A DNA stretch of 63,941 bases, counting the filler, from Octopus bimaculoides (Eukaryota), in NCBI RefSeq assembly GCF_001194135.2. It is 5 parts of 5 records of this genome, joined end to end, with 100 filler letters (N's around TTAATTAATTAA, not from the genome) between each part and the next. Parts side by side here need not be neighbours in the genome. Positions count along the whole stretch, not along the records: positions 31,307 to 53,111 come from NC_068985.1; positions 53,212 to 62,013 come from NC_068997.1; positions 62,114 to 63,941 come from NW_026392566.1; 2 more parts are not named here. One strand, written 5' to 3'. The notes beneath the pieces were generated by a model, which was not told where the DNA came from, searched no databases, and saw nothing but the letters and a program-made list of their open reading frames with translations. Of the stretch, positions 50,875 to 63,941 are shown piece after piece. Position 1 is the first letter of the stretch. Every line of letters begins with the position of its first letter. The translations under genes and the position numbers were made by a program.

Positions 50875-51170
50875 CGAATGCGTGTGAGATATGCAGTATT
50901 ATACATCCGGAAGATCATGGAAAGGATTGTACCAAATTTTGCCATTGAAAGCTACTCAAATGCCAGAACAAGTCGCCACTGCGCAGTGCCAAAACCCCCA
51001 ACAATGCCATCGCGCTTCAGGCCCAGTTAATGCAACAGTCTGGGTTTCAAAGGCCCCACAGATTTTTAATATTCTCCCAAAAGGTCAGAGGGACCTAAAC
51101 AAAGTGGATGTTGGTTGTTTTCAGAACAAAACTCGATCTCTTCCTGTCGAAAGTCCCAGATGACTCTACC
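50875..51170 (+). mobile_element. CR1/Jockey-group LINE 3' end
   Basis: RYAVLYIRKIMERIVPNF...NSLGFKGPQIFNILPK...LDLFLSKVPD. Confidence 0.78.
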
Positions 51171-51242
51171 TCGTGGTAGGAGATGCAAACGAGGACAGTG
51201 ACATCAGTATAATTACACACACACACACACACACACACGTAT

Positions 51243-51318
<76 letters not shown>

Positions 51319-51347
51319 CATATATACATTATATATGTGTGCGCGTA

Positions 51348-51392
<45 letters not shown>

Positions 51393-51927
51393 TTTCATAT
51401 ATAAGAGTGCATATAGACACATACGCAAACAGATGACCTATAGCAGGACTCCTTATATGCTAGAAAGGGCAGTTAAATCCAACCACGAAAAATTAATTAT
51501 TTCCTGTTGGCTATGTGAATGCGCCTGCACGCATGATTCGAAACCATAATGTTATAAGGATGTAGCTCGCACGTGTTTTTCCGGTATGTGTTATTGCTAC
51601 ATAATTATGCATTGTTTTGGCGATCCCACTGATGAACTACAGATGACAAATTAATTTATTTGCTCATTAATAGGGATACTCGAGTTTGAGATTAACTAAA
51701 AATAGTAATTCCTTTCATTCTAGTGCTTTGTCGGCTTGCCTTTATAATTAATTTTTCGTGGTTGTGTTTACTGTCCTTTCTAGCATGTAAGACTTCTTGC
51801 TGTAGGTCTTCTGTTTGTGTATATATCTATATGCCCAGTTATAGATAAAAATATGTTATCTGAATGACTTTTATTACGCATGTGAACCACTGGTAATAGA
51901 TTAGTCTTATTTTCTACACTTATGATT

Positions 51928-52009
<82 letters not shown>

Positions 52010-53053
52010 TAATGATGACACATACACTTATAGGTGTATAAATTACCCTCCTTATATATGTCTACGTATCTGCATGAGTGTGTGCGTGTGTGTGTTTGTG
52101 TCCACATGACGGTCTTCTACCTTGCATCTTTTAAATCTACTCGCAAAGATTTTGTTGGCCTCAGTTTATAGTTGAAAACACTTTTTGTATGTGAGGCCAT
52201 TAGAGAGGGAGTGAACCCGAATCCATGGCGGTTGGAAAGTAACCATATCGGCAAATCACATTTATATTATATAGCTTCAAATACATTTTGTTCTAGACTA
52301 GAATTTGCTAGATGCGTGCTGGATAAACCATTGTTGTGTTTGGGGATGTTATATTTAATCTGCCACCTGGAATATTCATCGTGGAAACTGGGGGAGATCC
52401 ATTTACTCCTATTTAAAGTGTTAACAAGTGTTGCGAATATTTTCTATGAAACGAACTAAAATTTTAGATTTGTGTTCCTGAAATATCATGAATCTTTATA
52501 GCATAAATAATCTTTTCTTTCATTAAAAAAGAAAAATGAAAATATACTAATTTATGTTTATGAAAACAAATGTTTGTGCAAACGTAAACAAACATACCAA
52601 CAAGAGTATCATCATTATCATCGTCGTTGTCGTTGTGGTCATCGTCGTCACCACCACCACCATCACAACCACCCACCACCACCACCACCATCATCCCCAC
52701 CACCACTACCACCACCATCATCATCACGTTTGTCGTTATCACCATCATCATCATTAGATTATGCTCATTTTTCATCTCATAGGTGTAACAAATATTATTC
52801 TTTTAAAACCACCTCTGCAAACAGCATCATCAATGCTGTCGTTGTCATCGCCACCATAATAATCATTATCATCGTCATTGCCACCATAATCATCACTATC
52901 ATCATCTCCAGTAGCTGAACATTTGATGTGGTTTCTTCTCAGATTAGTTCTGATTCTGTAAACTTACAATAAATGGGATCCTTTCGGTTTATCCCCAAAA
53001 TTCTACACATATGTCGAATAACGTATGTATATGTATGTGTATGTGGGTGTGTG

Positions 53054-53111
<58 letters not shown>

Positions 53112-53211
53112 NNNNNNNNNNNNNNNNNNNNNNNNNNNNNNNNNNNNNNNNNNNNTTAATTAATTAANNNNNNNNNNNNNNNNNNNNNNNNNNNNNNNNN
53201 NNNNNNNNNNN
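53112..53211. other. Artificial 100-bp scaffold linker
   Basis: N44-TTAATTAATTAA-N44. Confidence 0.95.
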
Positions 53212-53643
53212 AACCGTAACCGTAACCGTAACCGTAACCCTAAAACTAACCCTTACTCTAGAATACGAACTCTAAAATTGTTACACACATAGATACGCAC
53301 AGCGTAATTTATTATATAAACAATATATGCGTATAAATTACGATTAAACCGGATGAAATATGTCACAGGGAATAATATTTTTATGACCGCCCAGCAGTAA
53401 CTCTATTGAGCTGAATAGACGTCAGTGATTGGTTGAAATTACAGAAATACGACAACTTTAACATGGAATAACTTGCGAATTCCTTTTTTTTTGTTAAGAA
53501 GACTAAGAGAAAAAGATGTTTTATATGACACATTCTACCAGTGTCCCAAGTTTCAAAGTGTTTCGTTAGTGTTTCGTTAAGAAAATACTGGCGCCTCCGT
53601 TTTAAAATAGATCCCATGTATGTATGTAATGCATGTACGTATG

Positions 53644-53677
<34 letters not shown>

Positions 53678-53888
53678 TGTATGTTCCCTTCTTTCTTTTT
53701 TTAAATTTAGATTAAATTTCGACCAGCCACCTACTTGGTAGCAAGGTTGTGAAAGTAAGTATCTTTAACCATCATCCAAAGAAAGTTTTAACCATCATCC
53801 TTTAAATCAAATCAGGGGTTCTAAACCATTTTTTATCTATAGAACCCTTTGATTGCTATTTTACTCTGGTGAACCGCCATAACCATTT

Positions 53889-53972
<84 letters not shown>

Positions 53973-54770
53973 NNNNNNNNNNNNNNNNNNNNNNNNNNNN
54001 NNNNNNNNNNNNNNNNNNNNNNNNNNNNNNNNNNNNNNNNNNNNNNNNNNNNNNNNNNNNNNNNNNNNNNNNNNNNNNNNNNNNNNNNNNNNNNNNNNNN
54101 NNNNNNNNNNNNNNNNNNNNNNNNNNNNNNNNNNNNNNNNNNNNNNNNNNNNNNNNNNNNNNNNNNNNNNNNNNNNNNNNNNNNNNNNNNNNNNNNNNNN
54201 NNNNNNNNNNNNNNNNNNNNNNNNNNNNNNNNNNNNNNNNNNNNNNNNNNNNNNNNNNNNNNNNNNNNNNNNNNNNNNNNNNNNNNNNNNNNNNNNNNNN
54301 NNNNNNNNNNNNNNNNNNNNNNNNNNNNNNNNNNNNNNNNNNNNNNNNNNNNNNNNNNNNNNNNNNNNNNNNNNNNNNNNNNNNNNNNNNNNNNNNNNNN
54401 NNNNNNNNNNNNNNNNNNNNNNNNNNNNNNNNNNNNNNNNNNNNNNNNNNNNNNNNNNNNNNNNNNNNNNNNNNNNNNNNNNNNNNNNNNNNNNNNNNNN
54501 NNNNNNNNNNNNNNNNNNNNNNNNNNNNNNNNNNNNNNNNNNNNNNNNNNNNNNNNNNNNNNNNNNNNNNNNNNNNNNNNNNNNNNNNNNNNNNNNNNNN
54601 NNNNNNNNNNNNNNNNNNNNNNNNNNNNNNNNNNNNNNNNNNNNNNNNNNNNNNNNNTGGCCAGTATGTCTTTACATTTTTCTCTAACAGGCGGTAGGAC
54701 CTGTAAGAAAGAAGAAAAAATCTCGTCCCAGTGCTCTCTGCGTGTAAATGGGACGTTATTGAAGCAAGAA

Positions 54771-55020
54771 ATAAAATAAATGTGCCCTTTTAAAGCCTAA
54801 CTAGGATAATGGGCCCGGTTTCCCGGTTTCTATGGCGTACGTGTTCCCCAGCTGGACGGGACGCCAGTCCATCGAAGCGTTACTCATTTTTGCCAGCTGA
54901 GTGGACTGGAGCAACGTGAAATGAAGTGTATTGCTCAAGAACACAACGCGTCGCCCGGTCGAAACCACAATCTTACGATCATGGTGCTGACATCCTAACC
55001 ACTAAGCCACGTGCCTCCAC
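54771..55020 (-). mobile_element. SINE family C with intact 13-bp target-site duplication
   Basis: ATTGAAGCAAGAA at 54758-54770 and 55021-55033; core shared with 30380-30553. Confidence 0.88.
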
Positions 55021-55203
55021 ATTGAAGCAAGAAGAGAAACTTAAATATCTCGAGACCGTTTTCTCGAATGATGGGAAGCAAGAGATTGGATTAAATGCCA
55101 GAATTCCAGATGTTGGAACAGTAATGTGCCAGTTTTAGCATTCGATTCTCAGAACAAGAGAATTTGTTAAAAACACCACATTTGCTATTTTTTTTTTTTT
55201 TTT

Positions 55204-55620
55204 TCGGTTTCTGTGCCTATCCTCACCTATGTTCATGAATGTTGGATGATGACCGAAATTAGGTTCCTCCGAAGAATTTCCGAAAAAAAAAAAAAAAGAC
55301 GTAACTCGAGATGGTCTGTAGCTCGAGGATCAAGGAGCTCTCCAGATTCAGCAGCTACGTCTCTGCACTGAGAGGTCGCAGCCCCGGCACTGCAGACATG
55401 CGATTAAGACATCGCTGGAAAGAATCACAGGACAGATTCTTCAAGTTGTAGTAGACTTTGGTGTAAACCAAGAACGAGATGGTCTAAGTCCATCATGCTT
55501 GGGAATCCACCCGGAAAGTGTAATGACGATGGCTTCTACTAGGAGCTCATTGAAGAAGTGTCTCAGGACCAAACAACCTCTCGGGAACAATGGCTTGAGA
55601 AAAAAGATGGATGGATAAAT
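55204..55620 (+). mobile_element. RTE-X/Expander-like 3' fragment
   Basis: SVPILTYVHECWMMTEIRFLRRIS...ERSQ. Confidence 0.65.
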
Positions 55621-55689
55621 GGAGGTTGTGAGTTGAGAAATAGTTTGACCATTGTTTCACGCAAGTCAAGCGAATTCATTAAGTAGCAG

Positions 55690-55860
55690 GCGTAAGAGTG
55701 GCTGTGTGGCAAGAAGCTGGCTTCTCAACCACATGGCTCCGGGTTCAGTTCCACTGCGTGACACTTTGAGCAAGTGTCTTCTACTATAGGCTCGAGCAGA
55801 CCAAAGCCTTGTGAGGAATGGATCTAGTAGACAGAAACTGAAAGAAACCCGTCATATATA
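55690..55860 (+). mobile_element. SINE A 5' half
   Basis: Head and core. Confidence 0.8.
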
Positions 55861-56559
55861 TATATATTAATATTTATATATATTTCTTTCTACAATGTGC
55901 CCTTCCTCTTTTTAAGTAGATTTGTAACTTGACAGCGGTGTTCTTGTCGTTTGTGCTTCATCAGAATTGAAGGCATAAGGTACTGCACAGTAAAGTTTGT
56001 CCAATCATATGCTGCCCTTGTGGCTAACGAATAAATATTATGATTGTTGTCTCCCCTCATTCCATTAACCCACAAGAAAAAGGTAAAAAGAAAAATTAAT
56101 CAACCAACTAACCGATAAACCGACCACCCGACCAACCGACCAACCGACCAACTGACAAACCGACCGACAAGCAAGTCGACCATCCTCTCCTCTGGCTACC
56201 AGCGTTGCAAAGTCGCTGTCTTCTCTCCTCGTCTCGCCCCAGATTCCATACCACCCCTACCTCTTAACACCCTACCTCATACACTCACACACACACACAC
56301 ACACAAACAAACAACATCCACCCGTGTACCCGGAGTTTAAGTGGTTTAGTCTGAAGTCAAAAACCATACAAACAGCCATTGAACAGTTGACGACTGCTGA
56401 GATCGGATACCCGTAATTATGTGGCAGGGTGTACTTTTAATTCTTTTACAATAGCCTCCATCCCACACACACCCCGACACCACACACATACCCAACACTC
56501 ACTCACACCTGCCTTATCCCCCTCGCCCTTTCTCTTTCTCTCATAATCTGTCTTTCTCC

Positions 56560-57380
<821 letters not shown>

Positions 57381-58249
57381 CTCTTCCGCCCATTTGCATA
57401 CACCCACTATCCTTTTCCTCTCCCCACACGACTAACTTCGAAATTTTCTACCAGAAACATTGCAATCTACGATAACCTTGTTGCCGTTCAGCCCTAGGCC
57501 GGACCTGATCCAGCAGACCAATTACTGAGACTAATTATGGCTCAAGGCCAGCAAATTCGAGAGATGATTGGTAGGTTCATAGTAGAGCTTGCTAGAAATT
57601 GCAGTTAAAATCCCTTAAATCACACTAGTGAAATATAGGCGGATGAGCCAGCTGGGATGCATCTGTGATCTGCTAGAAATAGCAATGAAATCTCCTCTTT
57701 CAGAATATTCTATACATTTAAAGAAGGACATATATAATGTGAACTTTACCTTACAAAGGTGGGTTAGTCACGTGTGGAACAATTTTCATAAAAAATCTGC
57801 TCGAACAAGGCTGACCAATGGCTAAACAACGACGAATGCAACAGCCGTGGCGAAACCTTAAAGTGGTTCCATAAACCGCTAGAAATAACAGTCAGATTTT
57901 TAAATTACACCATAACAGTCATAATGAATGAAAGATGACATTAAATTATGTAGTCCAAGATAGCCCTAAAAAGACGAGACAGTCCTGTCTGGATTGTCTT
58001 TCGTTATGATTACTCAATCAAACGTTAGCTTAGGGTTACACTGTAGCGTGGCTAGTGCGTCTCTGCGGGACAGCCCTCGACCCCGCCCCTCATACTTGGA
58101 TCCCTGGGTGCATACAAGACTATACGGACTGATACAGCTGACCTAAAAGTGCCGTCCCAATAAAATCGATCGTCACCCAGGGCATACAGATCGTCTCATC
58201 TCAAGTTACGCTACTGGTTAGACAAGAAAGGAAAGTAATGATAATAATC

Positions 58250-58458
58250 GATTTCAAATTTTGGCACAAGGCCAGTGTGTACAGGGGAGGGTGTCAGTCA
58301 ATTAGATCGACCCCAGTGTTTCACTGGTACTTAACATATCGATCCCGAAAGGATGAAAGGCAAAGTAGACCTCGATAGAATTTGAATTCAGAACATAAAA
58401 GTGGAACGAGATGCCGCTAAGCATTTTGTCCGGCCTGCTAACGATTCTCGCCGCCTTA
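58250..58458 (-). mobile_element. SINE B
   Basis: Reverse complement of family B. Confidence 0.82.
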
Positions 58459-58934
58459 ATAAGAATAATAATTATCACTAACGAAACTGTCATCTATTGT
58501 TTGAAGATTCTCCAATCAGAGAGGATATATTGCATTATTTTGTCGTCTCTCATTTCTGATTGGTTGTCATTCTAAGACATGCAGTGATTGGTTGAATGAA
58601 CAAACAACCAAGTTACTCTTATTTCCCTGAGCAAGAGTCGTGGATTGGCGGAACCAACAGTATCGAACCAATTGAATTGAGTTATTCTGGCGTATTATGA
58701 TATGAGTTCAAATCCCACCACGGTCAACTCTGCTTTTCATCCTTCCGGAGTCGATTAAATAAAGTATAAGACGCGGGCTGAAATTAATAACATTGACAAC
58801 CCGCTCTTATCAAAATTTCTAGCTTTTTACCTAATTTACAAAGCATTGTCTTCCTACACAAGTACCAGAATGGAAGATGGAAAACAAAGAAATGGTAAAG
58901 CGCCGTTTTAAACAATTTGCTATTTTTGGTCTTC

Positions 58935-59345
58935 CCTATTCTTTTTCTTTTATTCTTTTACTTGTTTCAGTCATTTGACTGCGGCCATACTGGAGTACCG
59001 CCTTTAATCGAACATATCGACCCCAGGACTTATTCTTTTTTAAGCCTAGTACTTATTCTATCGGTCTCTTGGAGACGTAGACACACCAGAATCGGTTGTT
59101 AATAGATGGTGGGGGTGGTGACAAACATACACACACAAATACATACATATAGATGTGTGTGTGTGTGTGTGTGTGCGTGTGTGTACGACGGGCTTTCAGG
59201 TTCCGCCTACCAAATCCACTGACAAGGCTTTGGTAGGCCCGAGGCTATAGCAGAAGACACTTCCCCAAGTTGCTACGCAGTGGGACTGAACTCGTAACCA
59301 TGTGGCTGGAAAGCAAGTTTCTTAACACATAGTCACTCCTGCGCC
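58935..59345 (-). mobile_element. SINE A full-length
   Basis: Tail, core and head. Confidence 0.85.
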
Positions 59346-59478
59346 TATATAGTCACTCTTGCACTTATGTATATAATATATACGCTCACATGTGTATGCG
59401 TGAACATATACACATATATGCGTATATATATACACACTCATACACACACACATATACATATACATAGATATATATTTT

Positions 59479-59519
<41 letters not shown>

Positions 59520-59879
59520 GCACGCTCAAACGAACACCATGCCTACGACCAGAAGCTTATCATCCGTGACCGTTTCAACTTCATTTGCCCAGGACTTACA
59601 TAATCAATATTTTCATGATTCATACATAACTGAAGTATTACCTGAAGGAAATTTAGCTGCTGTTTCTAACAAGTCAATCCACCACACAGTGACACCCTTA
59701 CCAGCTCTTTGATGGCGGGAATACTCGGTGGTGGAAATGAGAGAGAGGGAGAGAGAGAAGGAGTACAAAGAGAGAGAGAGGGGGAGGGAGGAAGAGAGGG
59801 AGGGAGGAAGAGAGGGAGGGAGGGAACGAAAGAGAACAAAAAGAGAGAGAAAAGAAACTCTTAAATTTATCATTCGGCT

Positions 59880-59960
59880 TTTGGGAAATGACAATCACTC
59901 CACCTCCTTCTCGGTAGATGTCAGCACGGTCAGAGTTCATAATAGAAAAGTTGTACACTC
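59880..59960 (-). mobile_element. AP-endonuclease fragment of a non-LTR element
   Basis: YNFSIMNSDRADIYREGGGVIVI matches the xDR...GGGV motif. Confidence 0.5.
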
Positions 59961-60869
59961 TCTTATGTCAGGAGATTAAAAAAAATAACTAAAGATCTTT
60001 TATTTCTATCGAGAACAATGGCGAGTCAAAACATCAAACAAATAGTGTAAAAGAGGATAGACTTTCTGTCCTTCACATCTTTTTTCATTTCACTGTTTGG
60101 TTTTGTTGAACAGCTCCAGGTCAGGACTGGTCGTGTACACACACCGTTGTCGTACTTGTTGTTTGGTCACAGGCTAACCCCGTTCAAGTAGATCCACGAT
60201 TCTGTTGTTTATCCTTCGATTATCCGCGACTGAGCTGCCCTTTTTCTTTTAAAATTTTACTTGATTCATAGACATTGGACTACGGCCATACTGGGGCACC
60301 GCCTTGAAATGTGCAGTCGAATAAATCGACTACAGTACTCATTCTTTTTTTTTTTAAGTCTGGGATTGGTTCTTTTGCCGATCCGCTATGTGACGCGTAC
60401 ATAAACAAACCAACACTNNNNNNNNNNNNNNNNNNNNNNNNNNNNNNNNNNNNNNNNNNNNNNNNNNNNNNNNNNNNNNNNNNNNNNNNNNNNCTTTTTT
60501 TTTTTAAGTCTGGGATTGGTTCTTTTGCCGATCCGCTATGTGACGCGTACATAAACAAACCAACACTGGTTGTCACCACGGGACTCAAACACACACACAC
60601 ACACACAGAAAGATACACACACACACACACACATATACACATATATAATAGATATAGATGTATAGATATAATATAAACAGGGTTAAAATTAAAGCTGTTT
60701 CTTTTATGCATAAGAGTTTCAAATTCTGAGGAATAGATTTTGGCGATCTTTTTAATGCTTCCGTGTCTTTCTTCCTTTTCTGCAGCTTCTACTCATCCTT
60801 TTTCTTTCTTCATCACTCTCATTATCATCATTATCTCTCCTCCGTTAGCCAGTATCTCTTAGTCGTCCC

Positions 60870-60957
60870 TCGCTTCCCTCTCATCATCATCATCATCATT
60901 ATCATCATCATTATCATTCATCATTATCATTCATCATCATCACCAGCACCACTCTCG

Positions 60958-61006
<49 letters not shown>

Positions 61007-61046
61007 TCATCATTATCATTCATCATCATCACCAGCACAACTCTCG

Positions 61047-61077
<31 letters not shown>

Positions 61078-61245
61078 GATCATCATCATCATCATCATCA
61101 TCATCATCGATATCGTCTTCAGCATTTCATCATAAATTTACTTTCATCGTCAGCATTTCGACCTCGTCATCGTCATCATCATCATCACAATGATCATTAT
61201 CCATCGTCATCTTCATCATCATTGCCATCATTATCATCGTCATCG

Positions 61246-61281
<36 letters not shown>

Positions 61282-61290
61282 CCATTGTCA
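60870..61290. repeat. (CAT)n-rich tract
   Basis: Direct reading. Confidence 0.9.
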
Positions 61291-61314
61291 TCTCATAGCT
61301 TAGTAGTATTTGTA

Positions 61315-61520
61315 AAGCAGGGAGCTAGCAAAATCGTTAGTGCTCCGGATAAAATATTTCAAGGGATTTTGTCCATCTTTACGTTCTGAGTTCAAATTCC
61401 GTTGAGGTCCACTTTGACTTTCATCTTTTTGGGGGTTCAAGAAATAACTATAAGAACTGGGGCAAATGCACCTACCCCTAACAATTTCAAGTCTTCTGCC
61501 TATATAGCATAATGGATTAT
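61315..61520 (+). mobile_element. SINE B, decayed
   Basis: Head and central domain. Confidence 0.75.
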
Positions 61521-61675
61521 TAGTGGCATTTGTGACATTCTTCCTCAGTTCAAAATCGATATCCTATCAGGTACATCAATTTATTGATTAATTTATACAT
61601 TTAAAGATTCTGTCTTTTTTTTTTTGTGGCATGTTTGTATAAGAGCAGTATCAAGGCTTGGTGCTCTTGTCACTG

Positions 61676-61960
61676 CTCTTCTTCTTCTTCTTCTTCTTCT
61701 TCTTCTTCTTCTTCTTCTTCTTCTTCTTCTTCTTCTTCAACTACTACTTCCTCTTCTTCTTCTTCTACTACTACTTCTTCTTTTTCTTCTTCTTCTTCTT
61801 CTTCTACTGCTTCTTTTTCTACTACTTCTTCTACTTCTTCTTCTACTGCTTCTTCTTCTTCTTCTTTTTCTTCTTCTTCTTCTTCTTCTTCTTCTTCTTC
61901 TTCTTCTTCTTCTTCTTCTTCTTCTTCTTCTTCTTCTTCTTCTTCTTCTTCTTCTTCTTT
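61676..61960. repeat. (CTT)n tract with CTA interruptions
   Basis: Direct reading. Confidence 0.95.
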
Positions 61961-62013
61961 ACAGTTCATAAAGGGAAACGCATATATTGTATATGTAGAT
62001 GTTCGATGCTTAT

Positions 62014-62113
62014 NNNNNNNNNNNNNNNNNNNNNNNNNNNNNNNNNNNNNNNNNNNNTTAATTAATTAANNNNNNNNNNNNNNNNNNNNNNNNNNNNNNN
62101 NNNNNNNNNNNNN
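62014..62113. other. Artificial 100-bp scaffold linker
   Basis: N44-TTAATTAATTAA-N44. Confidence 0.95.
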
Positions 62114-62325
<212 letters not shown>

Positions 62326-63199
62326 AAGAAGAAGAAGAAGAAGAAGAAGAAGAAGAAGAAGACGAAGAAGAAGAAGAAGAAGAAGAAGAAGGTGACATGT
62401 TCAAAAAGAAGATTATATAGAAGGTAAAAACAGAAATTAATTAAAGAAACCACAACGAACAATTCAAAGTTTCAGAACGGAATTTGGACGAGAACAAATT
62501 GCAAAAGAAAAACAGATACACGCTGCTAGATGCACGCATATGCACATACACTCTTGTGCACATATGCATATACTGTCATGCACACATGCATATAATATGA
62601 TAGAATTATACAGTTACAACCACACACTCACATTCACACATCCAAATATTCTCACACGCACATATGATGTGAGAGAATATTAGTTTAAATGGGAGAAATC
62701 GCGAGAAGGATGAGAATACATGAAATATTTATAAATATATCATCTGGGAAATATTATCTTGGAAATTGATGCAAACCTACGAGTGTTGGAAGCTGGTTTA
62801 CAAAGAAAAAGAAATATGCGACTATATTCTAAGTTTTAACATTTTACACTTCTCCATCTACAAACTGCTGTATGAGATAAATAAGCTAAAGGGAATGAAG
62901 AAATCGGAGATGAATAGAAGTAATCGGACGAAGAGAAGACGGAAGAATACTACACGCAGTAGAAAGATAAAGAGAAGACGAAAAACATATGAAAACAAGT
63001 TGTTAATAACATATACACTCAGTCACTCACATATACATGAACGCATGCACATACATTACCATTAATAAGTTTTGATGCAGACATATATAATATCTCAGTC
63101 GTATCTGTTTTCATAAACAATGTAAATAATATAATGCCAATATGGAGAATTACTACGCCACTATTAGCCCGAGCGACCTCAATGAATCCCTGATATATA

Positions 63200-63941
63200 G
63201 TTTGAAATAGGTATAATATTTGCGACCGATTTTGACGGTATATTATGGAATAGATCTAATAGAGAGAATGTCTTCGGTACAGCGATGGGATCATCACATA
63301 TGCACAAGTCACACTCCGTTGCAATATATATCCGTTTATTAATTTAGTCTTCCTTTTCGGAAATCACAAGAGGTTTATATAGAGACGACGCTCTACTCCT
63401 CCTGAACAGAAGTAATAAAGTACGACTAGAAAGGCATTGCAAACGATATTTAGACTTTTTAAGTAATTAGGACATGGCATTACTATAAAAAGTGATTACC
63501 ATAGAGTGAATTTCCTTGACGCTACCTTGTTTTGATAGTGGATTAGTTGAACCCTTTCATAAAACCAAATGATAATATCAATATCAAGTATATAAATGTG
63601 GCATCCAATCATCCACCCGTAATTATACGGGTATTAGTTAAGAGTATTTCGATACGAATATATAAGTTATCTGCCGGTAAAAACTTTTCAAATTACATGC
63701 ACCATGTTGCAATACTACTTTAGCTAGGACTGGATACTGGGGGAAAATTCAATACATACAAGACATAGTGATACGTAACCCTGCCAATACTTCTGATAAT
63801 AATAAAGTTACTGATTCAGAAATAGAATAAAGGCCCGGAAGAATTGGTCAAAGCAATAAACTACAAACCAAATCCCATAGATACATACAATACAATCATT
63901 CTACTACTCGTGACATAATAAATTGTCCCACCCTTGTACAA
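63200..63941 (+). mobile_element. Penelope-like RT remnant
   Basis: FGTAMGS, GLYRDDALL, VNFLDATL, PFHKPND, YINVASNHPP. Confidence 0.85.

Noticed and set aside
57960-58035. Minus-strand GAAA, long helix III and UC pattern
   Set aside because: Core (TTTGATTGA) and stem II are too poor to call a ribozyme
60340-60570. Exact direct repeat flanking a gap (also 41740-41825)
   Set aside because: Typical unmerged contig overlap artifact

Overview
AT-rich, microsatellite- and transposon-saturated animal DNA. The SINE, RTE and Penelope repeat families suggest an octopus (inference from recognised repeats, not a database result). Four identical artificial linkers (N44-TTAATTAATTAA-N44) split the window into five segments, so adjacency across them cannot be trusted. 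The only host gene I can support is an INPP5E orthologue (ciliary inositol polyphosphate 5-phosphatase) on the + strand. It has 8 coding exons between 21849 and 30799, all GT-AG and phase-compatible, giving 702 codons, and lacks the terminal exons (DRVL, SDH, FDRxLY and CAAX regions). The rest is decayed LINEs (RTE, CR1, Dong/R4-like, Penelope), three tRNA-derived SINE families, mariner, hAT and Helentron-type relics, and one dispersed 5S rRNA variant. The best second-look items are a convergent pair of minimal hammerhead ribozymes near 41.5-41.9 kb plus several relic ones, an RTE C-terminus with three C2H2 fingers, a LINE 3' end embedded in (TACA)n, a 45-bp foldback, and a palindrome family with G-U-biased deviations. 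I found no clear wholly new multi-gene system.
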